Positions 1 through 11,831 are shown, counted from the first letter of the stretch. The stretch: DNA of 64,000 nucleotides from Alphaproteobacteria bacterium (GCA_963422645.2 CAXXVO010000007.1:320001-384000); one strand, 5' to 3'. Notes: generated from the letters alone by a model not told the origin. Translations and numbers: made by a program.

Positions 1-1776
1 AACGGATCGCAGCGCGCGCGATCGGCGGGACCGGCAGGCGCCGATGGGGCGTGCGACTTGCGATGTTCCGGCTCGGGTTCTGGCCAGTTGTGGACAGGCG
101 GGGCCGGTCGAACCGCAGTTCGCCGCCGCCGCCCGCGGTGTCCGCTTCGGCGGCGTGCTCGCCGCCCTGCCGGCCCTGCTGAAGGAAGGTCTTCTCTCCG
201 AGACCGGTCTCCTGCCATTGCTGCCGAAGGGCTATTACGGCTTGCCTACGATCCTGCTCTTCCTGGCCTTCATGACCTTGGCGCGGGTGCGCAACCCCGA
301 GAGCCTGCGCTACCAGGCGCCGGGCGAATGGGGCGCCATTCTCGGCCTCGATCGCTGCCCCGAGGTCAAGACGCTGCGCCGCAAGATCGCTCTCATCGCC
401 GACGACGAGGCCGGCGTGCGGGCGTGGCAGCTCGCCCTTGCCAGGCGCTGGCAGGCGCCGACGAGCCGGAGCTCTGGGCGACGCTGGCCATCGACGGGCA
501 CGTCAAGGTCTACTCCGGCCGCAAGGGGCGCTTGCCCAAGCACTTCGTCTCGCGCGAGAAGCTGTGCCTGCCGGCGAGCGCCAGCTACTGGATCAACGCT
601 CTGGGCGGCAAGCCGCTGCTCTGTCTGCACAAGCCGCTGGACCCGAAGATGGTCGCGGCCATCGAAGCCGACGTGGTGCCGGCGCTGCAGGAGCTTGGGA
701 TCGTTGGCGCCGGGGCGCCGGACCTGACCGCCGAGCATCCCGGCCAGCCGGCGCTCACCCTGGTCTTCGACCGCGAGGGCTGGAGCCCGGATCTGTTCCG
801 CCGGCTGGCGAGGCGCGGCGTCGCCTGCCTGACCTGGCACAAGAACTTCAGGGGCGAGGACTGGCCGGCCGAGGACTTCGGCGCGATGACCGTTCCCATT
901 CACGGACCGGCGGCGGACGGCAGCGCCACCATGCGGCTGGCTGAGAAGCCGGTGACGTTGCCGAACGGCTTCAGGGTGCGCCAGATCCGCCGCCTGCTCG
1001 ACAACGGCCGTCAGGTGCCGCTGATCACCACCGATCCGCACAAGCCGATGGCTGAGGTTGCGGGCGCCATGTTCTCGCGCTGGTCGCAGGAGAACTTCTT
1101 CAAGTACATGCGTGACGAGTTCAATCTCGACGCCCTGCCGACCCACGAGCTCGAGCCTCTCGATCCCGCCGCCATGGTCGTCAACCCGCTGCGGCGGGCC
1201 TATGACAAGGCAATCCATCGCCTCGACCGCCAGCTTGGCCGCCTGCGCAACCGCATCGCCGACACGGCCCGGAAGAAGCAGCCGACGGCGGAACTCAGGA
1301 GGGAAGTCAGGGACCTCCAGGATGTCCGCGACATCGTCAGGGCCAGCCGCAGGGAGACGCCCAAGCACTGCCGGGCCGGCGACCTCGACGAAGCCGAGCA
1401 GCTCGATGCCTTGCCCGCGCGCGAGCGCCTCCTCCTCGACGTCATCCGGATGATCGCCTACCGCGCCGAAACCCGCATGATGCTTCCCGTCATGCAGGCG
1501 CAGGGCCACAAGCCCCATCCCCGGAAACTGCTTCAAGCGCTGCTCACCGCCGATGCCGACATCCTGCCGGATCCTGGCAATGGCCTCCTGCGGGTCCACA
1601 TTCTTGGCCTCGCAAACGACGCCTGCGACCGTTGGATCGATGCGGTTCTGAGCGACCTGAACGCCACCGAAACGGTCTTCCCCGGCACCCGTCTGCGCAT
1701 AGTCTACGACATCGACGGGGCCTCGGAATCCGCGCGGCTCGTGTCACCTAAAATCAGCAGAGGTCAGGAAGTCTGA
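1..1776 (+). mobile_element. ISx copy 1 (5' part outside window), unclassified DDE insertion sequence
   Basis: Identical to the 3' part of 1780-4294. Ends in the IR GAGGTCAGGAAGTCTGA (1760-1776), whose TGA is the transposase stop. Confidence 0.93.
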
Positions 1777-1902
1777 ACATCAGACTTCCTGACCTCGTGA
1801 TGCTGGCTGTTCTGGGCAGCGTGCCGGGAACTCCTTGAATTCTGATACATTTCGGTTGTTTCAGGCGGTTTTTCGCTGGGTGTCGCGCCCGAGGTCTGAT
1901 AT

Positions 1903-1908
1903 TATAAT
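1903..1908 (+). promoter_or_regulatory. Putative -10 box (TATAAT) of the ISx transposase
   Basis: Consensus TATAAT in an AT-rich patch 26 bp before the ATG at 1935. Present in every copy that has its left end. No convincing -35. Confidence 0.45.
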
Positions 1909-1934
1909 TTGATACCAATTGCACGGTCTCAACC

Positions 1935-4294
1935 ATGCCCAGTACCCTCCCAATGTGCCCTCCAGAGGCGGTCTCGATCGGCAACAGCTGCTTCGCCGTC
2001 CTGATCTCGGACGACACCTTCACCTACTTTTCCAACCTCATTCCCTTTGACAGCCACGCCGCCGATGACCGCACGGCCATGCTCTTGCGGATCGGCCGCC
2101 TCGCGGCGATCAGCGCGGTCTCGCCGCAGGAACTGGCTGACGCTTTCGCTGTCTCGCGCGCGACGGTGCAGCGCGCACGACGGCGCTACCTGGCCGAGGG
2201 CGAAGCGGGGTTCATGAAGCCCCGGCGCGGTCGCGGGCCGTCGGTGTTCACTCCGGAGTTGGCGGAGAAGGCGACGGCGTTGCTGGCATCGGGCCTGAGC
2301 GGCTCTGCGGCGGCCCGGGTTCTCGGCGTGTCAGCGCCATCGGTCAACAAGTGGCGCCGTCAGGGACTGATCGGCAACACGGAGGCGGATGGGGAGCCCG
2401 GACGCTCAGCGCTGGCTGCGCCGCCTGACGCGGGTGCGGCTCCTGAAGGCCGTGTCGATGAAGAGAGTACCGGTGCCCCGGGGCCGGAGACGGCGCCGGG
2501 GCTGGAAGCGCAGCCGCAAACGGATCGCAGCGCGCGCGATCGGCGGGACCGGCAGGCGCCGATGGGGCGTGCGACTTGCGATGTTCCGGCTCGGGTTCTG
2601 GCCAGTTGTGGACAGGCGGGGCCGGTCGAACCGCAGTTCGCCGCCGCCGCCCGCGGTGTCCGCTTCGGCGGCGTGCTCGCCGCCCTGCCGGCCCTGCTGA
2701 AGGAAGGTCTTCTCTCCGAGACCGGTCTCCTGCCATTGCTGCCGAAGGGCTATTACGGCTTGCCTACGATCCTGCTCTTCCTGGCCTTCATGACCTTGGC
2801 GCGGGTGCGCAACCCCGAGAGCCTGCGCTACCAGGCGCCGGGCGAATGGGGCGCCATTCTCGGCCTCGATCGCTGCCCCGAGGTCAAGACGCTGCGCCGC
2901 AAGATCGCTCTCATCGCCGACGACGAGGCCGGCGTGCGGGCGTGGCAGCTCGCCCTTGCCAGGCGCTGGCAGGCGCCGACGAGCCGGAGCTCTGGGCGAC
3001 GCTGGCCATCGACGGGCACGTCAAGGTCTACTCCGGCCGCAAGGGGCGCTTGCCCAAGCACTTCGTCTCGCGCGAGAAGCTGTGCCTGCCGGCGAGCGCC
3101 AGCTACTGGATCAACGCTCTGGGCGGCAAGCCGCTGCTCTGTCTGCACAAGCCGCTGGACCCGAAGATGGTCGCGGCCATCGAAGCCGACGTGGTGCCGG
3201 CGCTGCAGGAGCTTGGGATCGTTGGCGCCGGGGCGCCGGACCTGACCGCCGAGCATCCCGGCCAGCCGGCGCTCACCCTGGTCTTCGACCGCGAGGGCTG
3301 GAGCCCGGATCTGTTCCGCCGGCTGGCGAGGCGCGGCGTCGCCTGCCTGACCTGGCACAAGAACTTCAGGGGCGAGGACTGGCCGGCCGAGGACTTCGGC
3401 GCGATGACCGTTCCCATTCACGGACCGGCGGCGGACGGCAGCGCCACCATGCGGCTGGCTGAGAAGCCGGTGACGTTGCCGAACGGCTTCAGGGTGCGCC
3501 AGATCCGCCGCCTGCTCGACAACGGCCGTCAGGTGCCGCTGATCACCACCGATCCGCACAAGCCGATGGCTGAGGTTGCGGGCGCCATGTTCTCGCGCTG
3601 GTCGCAGGAGAACTTCTTCAAGTACATGCGTGACGAGTTCAATCTCGACGCCCTGCCGACCCACGAGCTCGAGCCTCTCGATCCCGCCGCCATGGTCGTC
3701 AACCCGCTGCGGCGGGCCTATGACAAGGCAATCCATCGCCTCGACCGCCAGCTTGGCCGCCTGCGCAACCGCATCGCCGACACGGCCCGGAAGAAGCAGC
3801 CGACGGCGGAACTCAGGAGGGAAGTCAGGGACCTCCAGGATGTCCGCGACATCGTCAGGGCCAGCCGCAGGGAGACGCCCAAGCACTGCCGGGCCGGCGA
3901 CCTCGACGAAGCCGAGCAGCTCGATGCCTTGCCCGCGCGCGAGCGCCTCCTCCTCGACGTCATCCGGATGATCGCCTACCGCGCCGAAACCCGCATGATG
4001 CTTCCCGTCATGCAGGCGCAGGGCCACAAGCCCCATCCCCGGAAACTGCTTCAAGCGCTGCTCACCGCCGATGCCGACATCCTGCCGGATCCTGGCAATG
4101 GCCTCCTGCGGGTCCACATTCTTGGCCTCGCAAACGACGCCTGCGACCGTTGGATCGATGCGGTTCTGAGCGACCTGAACGCCACCGAAACGGTCTTCCC
4201 CGGCACCCGTCTGCGCATAGTCTACGACATCGACGGGGCCTCGGAATCCGCGCGGCTCGTGTCACCTAAAATCAGCAGAGGTCAGGAAGTCTGA
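1935..4294 (+). CDS. ISx transposase split into two frames by a -1 shift near 2970 (about 786 aa if fused)
   Basis: Frame A has two HTH-like segments and GLDRCPEVKTLRRK. Frame B has IDGHVKVYSG, VFDREG and RWSQENFFK (candidate D-D-E). The frames join at ...RRWQ / ADEPELWATL.... Confidence 0.85.
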
Positions 4295-4336
4295 GTTTAT
4301 GCACCGGAGACGCCGGGAACAAGTAGCAGAATTACC

Positions 4337-4464
4337 TAGTGTCGGTAACACGGGATTTGTCCGGTCCATGTACCAGATGATCTGTCCGGTTTTAGAAGGC
4401 TTCTGTGGCTTGGAGGGAGGCGATGCACCGCACCGCCGTAGCTATCAGGGTGCGCCGCCCTTGA
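4337..4464 (+). mobile_element. Possible truncated IS left end (IS630-like) with an aborted ORF
   Basis: TAGTGTC... start, strong RBS GGAGGGAGG and ATG at 4423 reading MHRTAVAIRVRRP*. Resemblance only. Confidence 0.3.
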
Positions 4465-4674
4465 GGCCAGCCGGCCGGGACGTGATGATGGCTACAACGG
4501 GACTGCAGGACTATCCCCGATCCTTTCGGGCGGGGAGAAGAGGACGGGGGCTGACGTGACCAGTGCAGCAAGTCCGCGGGCCGGTCGCACTCCTGTGCCG
4601 ACGGCCGGCATGCGATACAGCTCGAGTGACGTCATGCGGGGCGTGCTCGGTCACACGCGTGCCCGCCCTCGCCG

Positions 4675-5722
4675 GTGACGGACACGGCGCCCTCGGCTAG
4701 CGGCCCCGAGCCGCTGCCGCGTCGGGGCTTCGTTCTTCTGGCGGCGCTGACGCTCCTGTGGGGCGTCAACTGGCCGATGCTCAAGATCGCGCTCAACGAG
4801 CTTCCGGTGCTCACCTTCCGCGGAACCTGCCTCTTCTTCGCGGGCTTGATCATCGTCGCTCTCCACCGCGCGATCGGCCGCTCGGTCGCGGTGCCGCGCC
4901 GGCAATGGCGGCCGCTCCTGATTACGGGTTTCTTCAACATCACCGTCTGGCATCTCGCGACCGGATTCGGGCTCGTCTACACGACCTCCGGCCGCGCCTC
5001 GATCATCGCCTACACGATGCCGATCTGGACCGTGCCAATTGGCTACGCCGTGCTCGGCGAGCGACCGGGTTGGCGGCGGATGAGCGCGCTCGCGCTGGGC
5101 ACCGCCGGGCTCGGGGTGCTGATCGCCACCGACGCCCAGACCCTCAGCGGCGCACCTCTGGGGCCGCTCCTGGTGCTCTGCGGTGCCGTCGGCTGGGCCT
5201 GCGGCACGGTCGCGCTCAAGCGCACCGACTGGCAGGTCTCCATGTGGGTGCTGGTCGGCTGGCAATGCCTGATCTGCGGCCTGCCGATCTTCATCGCGGC
5301 GGCTATCGTAGACGCCGAAACGGTACAATTTCCGTCGCTATGGCCGCTCGTTTCGGTGATTTACAACATTTTTGCGCCCTTCGTGATTTGCTACTACCTC
5401 TATTACGAGATTGTGCGGATATTCCCGACCGGGGTGGCGACGGTTGGCACCCTCGGCATTCCCGTGATCGGGCTTTTCAGCGGAGCACGGCACGTCCTTC
5501 GCCGCCCCGCACGTGTCCGGCGCGGCCGCGGTGGTGTGGGCCGCGTTTCCGAACAAGGGCGGCGCGGGGATCGTGGAGCGCCTGCTGGCGACGGCCCGCC
5601 CGCTGGAATTGGTCCTGGGCGAGCCGCTGGGCTGGAGTGAGTTCACGGCTCTCGGCCTGGTCGTCGCCGCACTTGCGGTGCCGGTGATGACGCGGCCCGA
5701 GAGCTTTGTGCGCAGCGGTTGA
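4675..5722 (+). pseudogene. EamA/DMT family transporter interrupted by a 121-bp insertion
   Basis: LLWGVNW N-terminus and multiple TM segments. ...IGLFSGA and LVLGEPLGW... rejoin in frame if 5488-5608 is removed. Confidence 0.85.
5488..5608 (+). other. Inserted fragment of an S8 (subtilase) peptidase gene
   Basis: Reads GTSFAAPHVSGAAAVVWAAFPNKGGAGIVERLLATARPLE, the catalytic-serine motif of subtilisins. Confidence 0.85.
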
Positions 5723-5867
5723 GGGCGCGCTGGCACGCGGCCATCGTGTGCCAGCGGTTCGAGAATTGGTTTGCATGTCGGGCCAGCCCTTGAACGGGCG
5801 CCGTGGCCACCCCTATGCTTGTAACTCTTGCAGCCGGCGCCTGTGCCGGCCTTGAGGGGAGACGCGC

Positions 5868-6836
5868 ATGGCGACGACCCATCGCAGCAAGGTCGTGATC
5901 ATCGGTTCTGGCCCTGCCGGCTACTCTGCGGCGATCTACGCCGCGCGCGCCAACCTAGAGCCGATCATGGTGCAGGGGCTCGAGCCCGGCGGCCAGCTCA
6001 CGATCACCACCGATGTCGAGAACTATCCGGGCTTCGCCGATATTGTCCAGGGACCGTGGCTCATGGAGCAGATGGCGGGCCAGGCGGAAGCGGTGGGCAC
6101 GCGGCTGATACACGACATGATTGTCGCCGTGGACTTGGGTAAGCGACCCTTCGTCTGCACCGGCGATTCCGGCGATGTCTACATCGGTGACACGGTCATC
6201 GTCTGCACCGGCGCGCAGGCGAAGTGGCTGGGCCTGAAGAGCGAGCAGCGTTTCATGGGCTTCGGCGTCTCGGCCTGCGCAACGTGCGACGGATTTTTCT
6301 TCCGCGGCAAGGAGGTCGCGGTGATCGGCGGCGGCAACACCGCCGTGGAAGAGGCGCTTTACCTCACCAACCACGCGAGCAAGGTCACCCTCGTCCACCG
6401 CCGCGACGCACTGCGGGCCGAGAAAATCCTGCAGGATCGCCTGTTCCGCAACGACAAGATCGAGGTCCTGTGGGACCACGTACTGGACGAAATCGAGGGC
6501 GAGAGCGAGCCGCCGACGGTGACGGGAATCGCGGTGCGCCACGTCAAGACCAATGCGATGCATCGAATTCCGCTCTCGGGCGTGTTCATCGCCATCGGGC
6601 ATTGGCCCAACACCGAGCTCTTCGCGGGCCAGCTCGCGATGGACGACGAGGGCTACATCCAGACGATGGCGGACAGCACGAGGACGAACCTGCCGGGCGT
6701 GTTCGCCGCCGGCGACGTGCAGGACAAGGTGTTTCGGCAGGCGGTGACCGCCGCCGGCACCGGCTGCATGGGTGCGCTGGAAGCCGAGAAATTTCTCGCC
6801 GAGGCCGAGACGCCCGAGGCCGCTGCCGCGGCGTGA
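5868..6836 (+). CDS. trxB: Thioredoxin-disulfide reductase
   Basis: GSGPAG FAD motif, CATC redox centre, GGGNTA NADPH motif. Confidence 0.97.
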   Translation: MATTHRSKVVIIGSGPAGYSAAIYAARANLEPIMVQGLEPGGQLTITTDVENYPGFADIVQGPWLMEQMAGQAEAVGTRLIHDMIVAVDLGKRPFVCTGDSGDVYIGDTVIVCTGAQAKWLGLKSEQRFMGFGVSACATCDGFFFRGKEVAVIGGGNTAVEEALYLTNHASKVTLVHRRDALRAEKILQDRLFRNDKIEVLWDHVLDEIEGESEPPTVTGIAVRHVKTNAMHRIPLSGVFIAIGHWPNTELFAGQLAMDDEGYIQTMADSTRTNLPGVFAAGDVQDKVFRQAVTAAGTGCMGALEAEKFLAEAETPEAAAAA

Positions 6837-6864
6837 GCACCGGCGCGGCGCCGGGGGCGCTGCC

Positions 6865-7755
6865 ATGGACTGGAACCGGCTACGCATCTTTCAGACGGTC
6901 GCTGAGCACGGCAGCTTCACCCGTGCCGGCGACATTCTCGAGCTCAGCCAGTCGGCGGTGAGCCGGCAGATCGCGGCACTTGAGAAGAGCCTCGACGCGG
7001 TCCTGTTCCACCGTCACTCGCGCGGCCTGCTGCTGACCGAGCAAGGTGAGGCGCTCTATCGCACGGTCCGCGAGGTCTCGGCCAAGCTCGCGATGACCGA
7101 AGCGCAAATCGCCCATGCGCGCGACCGGCCCTCGGGCCCGCTGAAAATCACGACGACGGTCTCTTTTGCCTCGGTATGGCTGACGCCCAGGATCCCCGCC
7201 TTCAACAACCTATATCCGGAGATCAAGATCACCCTGCTGACATCGGACAACCTGCTCGACCTCGCCATGCGCGAGGCGGACGTGGCGATCCGCATGATCG
7301 AACCGACCGAGCCCGATCTCGTCCGCCGCCACCTGATGACCGTCAATTCTTATATTTACGCTTCGCCGGACTATCTGGCCCGCTTCGGGCCGATCGATGC
7401 GGCGGAGGACCTCGCCCGCCAGCGCCTGATCATCTACGGCCAGGGGCCGCTCACCCCCATCGCCAACCCCGACTGGCTGATCGGTATCTCGGGCAATCCG
7501 ATGGCCGATGGCCGCATCGTGCTGGAGGCGAACAACATTTATTGCATGCGCGAAGCGGTGGAGAGCGGCCTCGGGATTGCTGCGCTGCCTGACTACGTGG
7601 CTTGGGGCAGCCAGCGGCTCCAGCGCGTGCTGCCGGACCGTCAGGGTCCGCCCTTCGACGCCTTCTTCACCTACGCCGAGGAATTGCGATACTCCAAGAG
7701 AATCGGGGTTTTCCGCGATTTTCTGCTGTCCGAGGTGGCCAGCTGGCGCTCCTGA
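6865..7755 (+). CDS. LysR family regulator (LsrB/VtlR-like)
   Basis: MDWNRLRIF...GSFTRAG...SQSAVSRQI HTH. Position directly after trxB is typical of lsrB/vtlR in alphaproteobacteria. Confidence 0.92.
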   Translation: MDWNRLRIFQTVAEHGSFTRAGDILELSQSAVSRQIAALEKSLDAVLFHRHSRGLLLTEQGEALYRTVREVSAKLAMTEAQIAHARDRPSGPLKITTTVSFASVWLTPRIPAFNNLYPEIKITLLTSDNLLDLAMREADVAIRMIEPTEPDLVRRHLMTVNSYIYASPDYLARFGPIDAAEDLARQRLIIYGQGPLTPIANPDWLIGISGNPMADGRIVLEANNIYCMREAVESGLGIAALPDYVAWGSQRLQRVLPDRQGPPFDAFFTYAEELRYSKRIGVFRDFLLSEVASWRS

Positions 7756-7778
7756 CGCCCTATAGCCATGATCTGGAT

Positions 7779-7791
7779 GCATGGCTGGTTT
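7779..7791 (+). promoter_or_regulatory. Candidate LsrB/VtlR binding box
   Basis: GCATggcTGgttT fits the GCAT-N3-TG-N3-T consensus as I recall it. It lies about 50 bp upstream of the sRNA candidate. Confidence 0.5.
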
Positions 7792-7840
7792 GCTTCCCAT
7801 GCCCTAGCGCATTCGTGTCAACGCGACTACATATTGCGCC

Positions 7841-8002
7841 GCAGCATGACGCTTGCGTCATGCCTCGAGGATTAACCGGGGTGCCCACCCCGGTTTGTCG
7901 TCTTCAGGTGCAAGGCCTGAAGGGGATCCTCGGATCTCACGTCTCCTAGACGTGAAGCCTCCCTGTTAGACTGGCCGGGTCTTCGGACCCGGCCTTCCTT
8001 TT
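7841..8002 (+). ncRNA. Putative small regulatory RNA (multi-hairpin, anti-SD motifs, SuhB/MmgR/AbcR-like 3' end)
   Basis: Consecutive hairpins at 7844-7863, 7874-7895, 7903-7921, 7925-7936 and 7937-7955, then single-stranded CCTCCC and a terminator. Confidence 0.72.
7973..8002 (+). terminator. Rho-independent terminator
   Basis: GGCCGGGTC-TTCG-GACCCGGCC followed by TTCCTTTT. Confidence 0.8.
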
Positions 8003-8095
8003 GCCCCAAGCACAAGAAGGCCGCCCCGACCCAGCCTAATCCTCGGTTCGGGCCGCGATAGGTATAGCGCGGCCGACACAGCTCGGGTGATCGTC

Positions 8096-9274
8096 ATGGA
8101 CTTTCTCCGCCCCGAAATCGCCGCCCTCGAACAGAACGGGATTACTCGTGTGGCGCTGACGCGCATCGGCGATCCAGACGTGATCGCGCTCTGGTTCGGC
8201 GAAGGCGATGCTGTAACCGAGAGTTTCATCCGCGAGGCCGCCAAGGAGGCGCTCGATGCGGGCGACACGTTCTACACCCACACCCGCGGCAAGCAGGCGC
8301 TGCGCGACGCACTGAAGCGCTACCTCGACGGCCTCTACGGGATCGACCTCGATCCCGACCGAATTACTGCGCCGGGCTCGACCATGCTCGGCATCACCAT
8401 CGCCGCGCAGATGGCGCTGACCACCGGCGATCACGCGATCATCGTCGGCCCGGTCTGGCCGAACATCGAGAGCACCTACCGGGCGACCGGCGCCGAGGTG
8501 ACGTACGTGAGCCAGCGGCGGACGGAGGCCGGATGGCAGCTCGATCTCGACGACATCCGCGCCGCGCTGCGCCCCCGCACGCGCTCGCTCTTCGTCAACA
8601 CCCCCTGCAACCCGACCGGCTGGGTGATGCCCACCGAACAGCAGGCCGAGCTGCTGCAGCTCTGCCGGGAGCGGAACATCCTCCTGATCGCCGACGAGGT
8701 CTACCATCGCAACGTCTATGACGGTGACGTCGCGCCGTCCTTTTTGGCGCTCGCGCGCAACGACGATCCGGTGGTCGTCGTGAGCGGGTTCTCCAAGGCC
8801 TGGGCTATGACCGGGTGGCGCATCGGCTGGGTGGTAGCGCCGAGCCGACACGCCCAAACCTGGGCGGTCCTCTCCGAATGCTTCAACACCGGGGCAACCG
8901 TGTTCGTGCAGACGGCGGCGATCACGGCACTGGAGCGGGGCGAGGAGGCGCTTGGCCGGCTACGCAACCAATACGCAAGGGGACGGGAGATCGTGGCCGA
9001 GGTGCTGGGGCGCTGCCCGCGCGTCGAGTTCACGGAGCCGCAAGGCGCGTTCTATGCGTTTCCGCGCGTGCGGGGGCTCACATCGAGCCTCGCGTTCGCG
9101 GAGGGTGTGCTCGCGGAGGAGGACGTCGGCATCGCGCCGGGCTACACCTTCGGTCCCGGCAACGAGGCGTATTTCCGGCTCTGCTTCGCGCACTCGCATG
9201 AGGCCTTGCGCGAGGGGCTCGAGCGGATCGTCCGTTACATCGAGCGCCACGACAACGAGTTTGATTCGATCTGA
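8096..9274 (+). CDS. Class I/II PLP-dependent aminotransferase
   Basis: NTPCNPTG, ADEVY and [14 protein letters not shown] motifs. An alternative GTG start lies at 8087. Confidence 0.93.
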   Translation: MDFLRPEIAALEQNGITRVALTRIGDPDVIALWFGEGDAVTESFIREAAKEALDAGDTFYTHTRGKQALRDALKRYLDGLYGIDLDPDRITAPGSTMLGITIAAQMALTTGDHAIIVGPVWPNIESTYRATGAEVTYVSQRRTEAGWQLDLDDIRAALRPRTRSLFVNTPCNPTGWVMPTEQQAELLQLCRERNILLIADEVYHRNVYDGDVAPSFLALARNDDPVVVVSGFSKAWAMTGWRIGWVVAPSRHAQTWAVLSECFNTGATVFVQTAAITALERGEEALGRLRNQYARGREIVAEVLGRCPRVEFTEPQGAFYAFPRVRGLTSSLAFAEGVLAEEDVGIAPGYTFGPGNEAYFRLCFAHSHEALREGLERIVRYIERHDNEFDSI

Positions 9275-9386
9275 ATCAGCAAATTAGAGGGTCACGCATC
9301 CTGGGGCAATGAAGCTCCACGCACGAAAGGGCCGCCCCGACCATTGGCTAAGGCGGCCCTCCGCACGACGCTTGGCAGCACCGGCA

Positions 9387-10376
9387 CTACATGTAGAGCG
9401 GCTCGTTCTCCATGCCCTCGTAGAGCGAGGCGACCTGCTCGGCATAGCCGTTGTGGAGCAATGTCGGGCGGCTCTCCTGCCCGTCCGGCCCGTGGAAGCG
9501 CTCGCTTGCCTGGCTCCAGCGGGGGTGCGGCACTTTCGGGTTGACGTTGGCCCAGAAGCCATACTCGTTGCCGGCGAGCTCCTCCCAGAAGGAAACCGGC
9601 CGCTCGTTCGTGAAGCTGAAGCGGACGATGCCCTTGATGTGCTTGAAGCCGTACTTCCACGGCACGGCGAGTCGCAGCGGGGCGCCGTTCTGCTTCGGGA
9701 TCGGCTTGCCGTAGTAGCCGGTCGCGATAAAGGCGAGCTCGTTGGTGGCCTCGGCCATGGTCAGGCCCTCGATATAGGGCCACGGATACCAGAACTGCCG
9801 CTGCCCCTCGGCCACGTCGTCGTCCTCGAAGGTCTGCATCAGCAGGTACTTGGCATCGCCAAGCGGCCGCGCGAAATCGACGAGCGCCTTGAGCGGGAAG
9901 CCGCTGTAGGGCACGGCGATCGACCACGCCTCGACGCAGCGGTGGCGGTAGAGCCGCTCCTCCAAGGGCATCTTCGCCAGCAGGTCGTCGATGCCGATTG
10001 TCATCGGCTCTTCCACCAGCCCGTCGAACTCGACCGTCCAGGGCCGGATCTTGAGCGCCTGCGCGTTCTGCGAGATCTCCTTGAAGGAGCCGAACTCGTA
10101 GTAGTTGTTGTAGGTGGTGGCGAAGTCCTCCGGCGTCAGCGGCCGGTCGAGAGAGTAGGCCGGGTTCTGCTCGACCGGATAGAGGTGGGCCGAGGGGTCC
10201 TCGTGCTCATCGGCCAGCGCCGAGCCGAGCCCGCCCGCGAACGGGACTGCGGCACCTGCAGCGAGCAGCGGGCCCGTGGCGAGCCCCTTGAGAAGCGTGC
10301 GCCGGTTCATGAACACCGATTCGGGAGTTGCGGCGGAGTCCGGCAGCTCCCAGCCGCGTTTGATCTTGATCAACAT
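9387..10376 (-). CDS. msrP: Protein-methionine-sulfoxide reductase catalytic subunit
   Basis: Tat signal NRRTLLK, YNNYYEFG, RHRCVEAWS, VPWKYGFK and EYGFWANVNP...HPRWSQA. Confidence 0.95.
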   Translation of the reverse strand: MLIKIKRGWELPDSAATPESVFMNRRTLLKGLATGPLLAAGAAVPFAGGLGSALADEHEDPSAHLYPVEQNPAYSLDRPLTPEDFATTYNNYYEFGSFKEISQNAQALKIRPWTVEFDGLVEEPMTIGIDDLLAKMPLEERLYRHRCVEAWSIAVPYSGFPLKALVDFARPLGDAKYLLMQTFEDDDVAEGQRQFWYPWPYIEGLTMAEATNELAFIATGYYGKPIPKQNGAPLRLAVPWKYGFKHIKGIVRFSFTNERPVSFWEELAGNEYGFWANVNPKVPHPRWSQASERFHGPDGQESRPTLLHNGYAEQVASLYEGMENEPLYM

Positions 10377-10503
10377 CGAAGGCCCTCCGCTCATACAGTT
10401 GCGTCCTGCCCCAACGCCCGCGCGCGGGGCTCTTGCAGAGAGAGATGACACTGGCGGGCGCTCACGGCAATTCAACGCTGCGTGAGCGGTCCTCAAGCCG
10501 CCG

Positions 10504-11787
<1,284 letters not shown>

Positions 11788-11831
11788 CTAAGCTCGCCGC
11801 TCAGGTCAGACCGAGGAGCGCGTGCGAAGCC

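Larger units (their letters stand above)
1780..4294 (+). mobile_element. ISx copy 2, complete 2,515-bp IS with perfect 17-bp terminal IRs
   Basis: TCAGACTTCCTGACCTC at 1780 and its reverse complement ending at 4294. Separated from copy 1 by the 3 bp ACA. Confidence 0.95.

Noticed and set aside
58-1776. 572-aa ORF as a stand-alone gene starting at its listed start (also 2576, 23914, 41519)
   Set aside because: The first ~130 aa are an Arg/Pro-rich off-frame translation of frame A. The credible sequence starts near ADEPELW.
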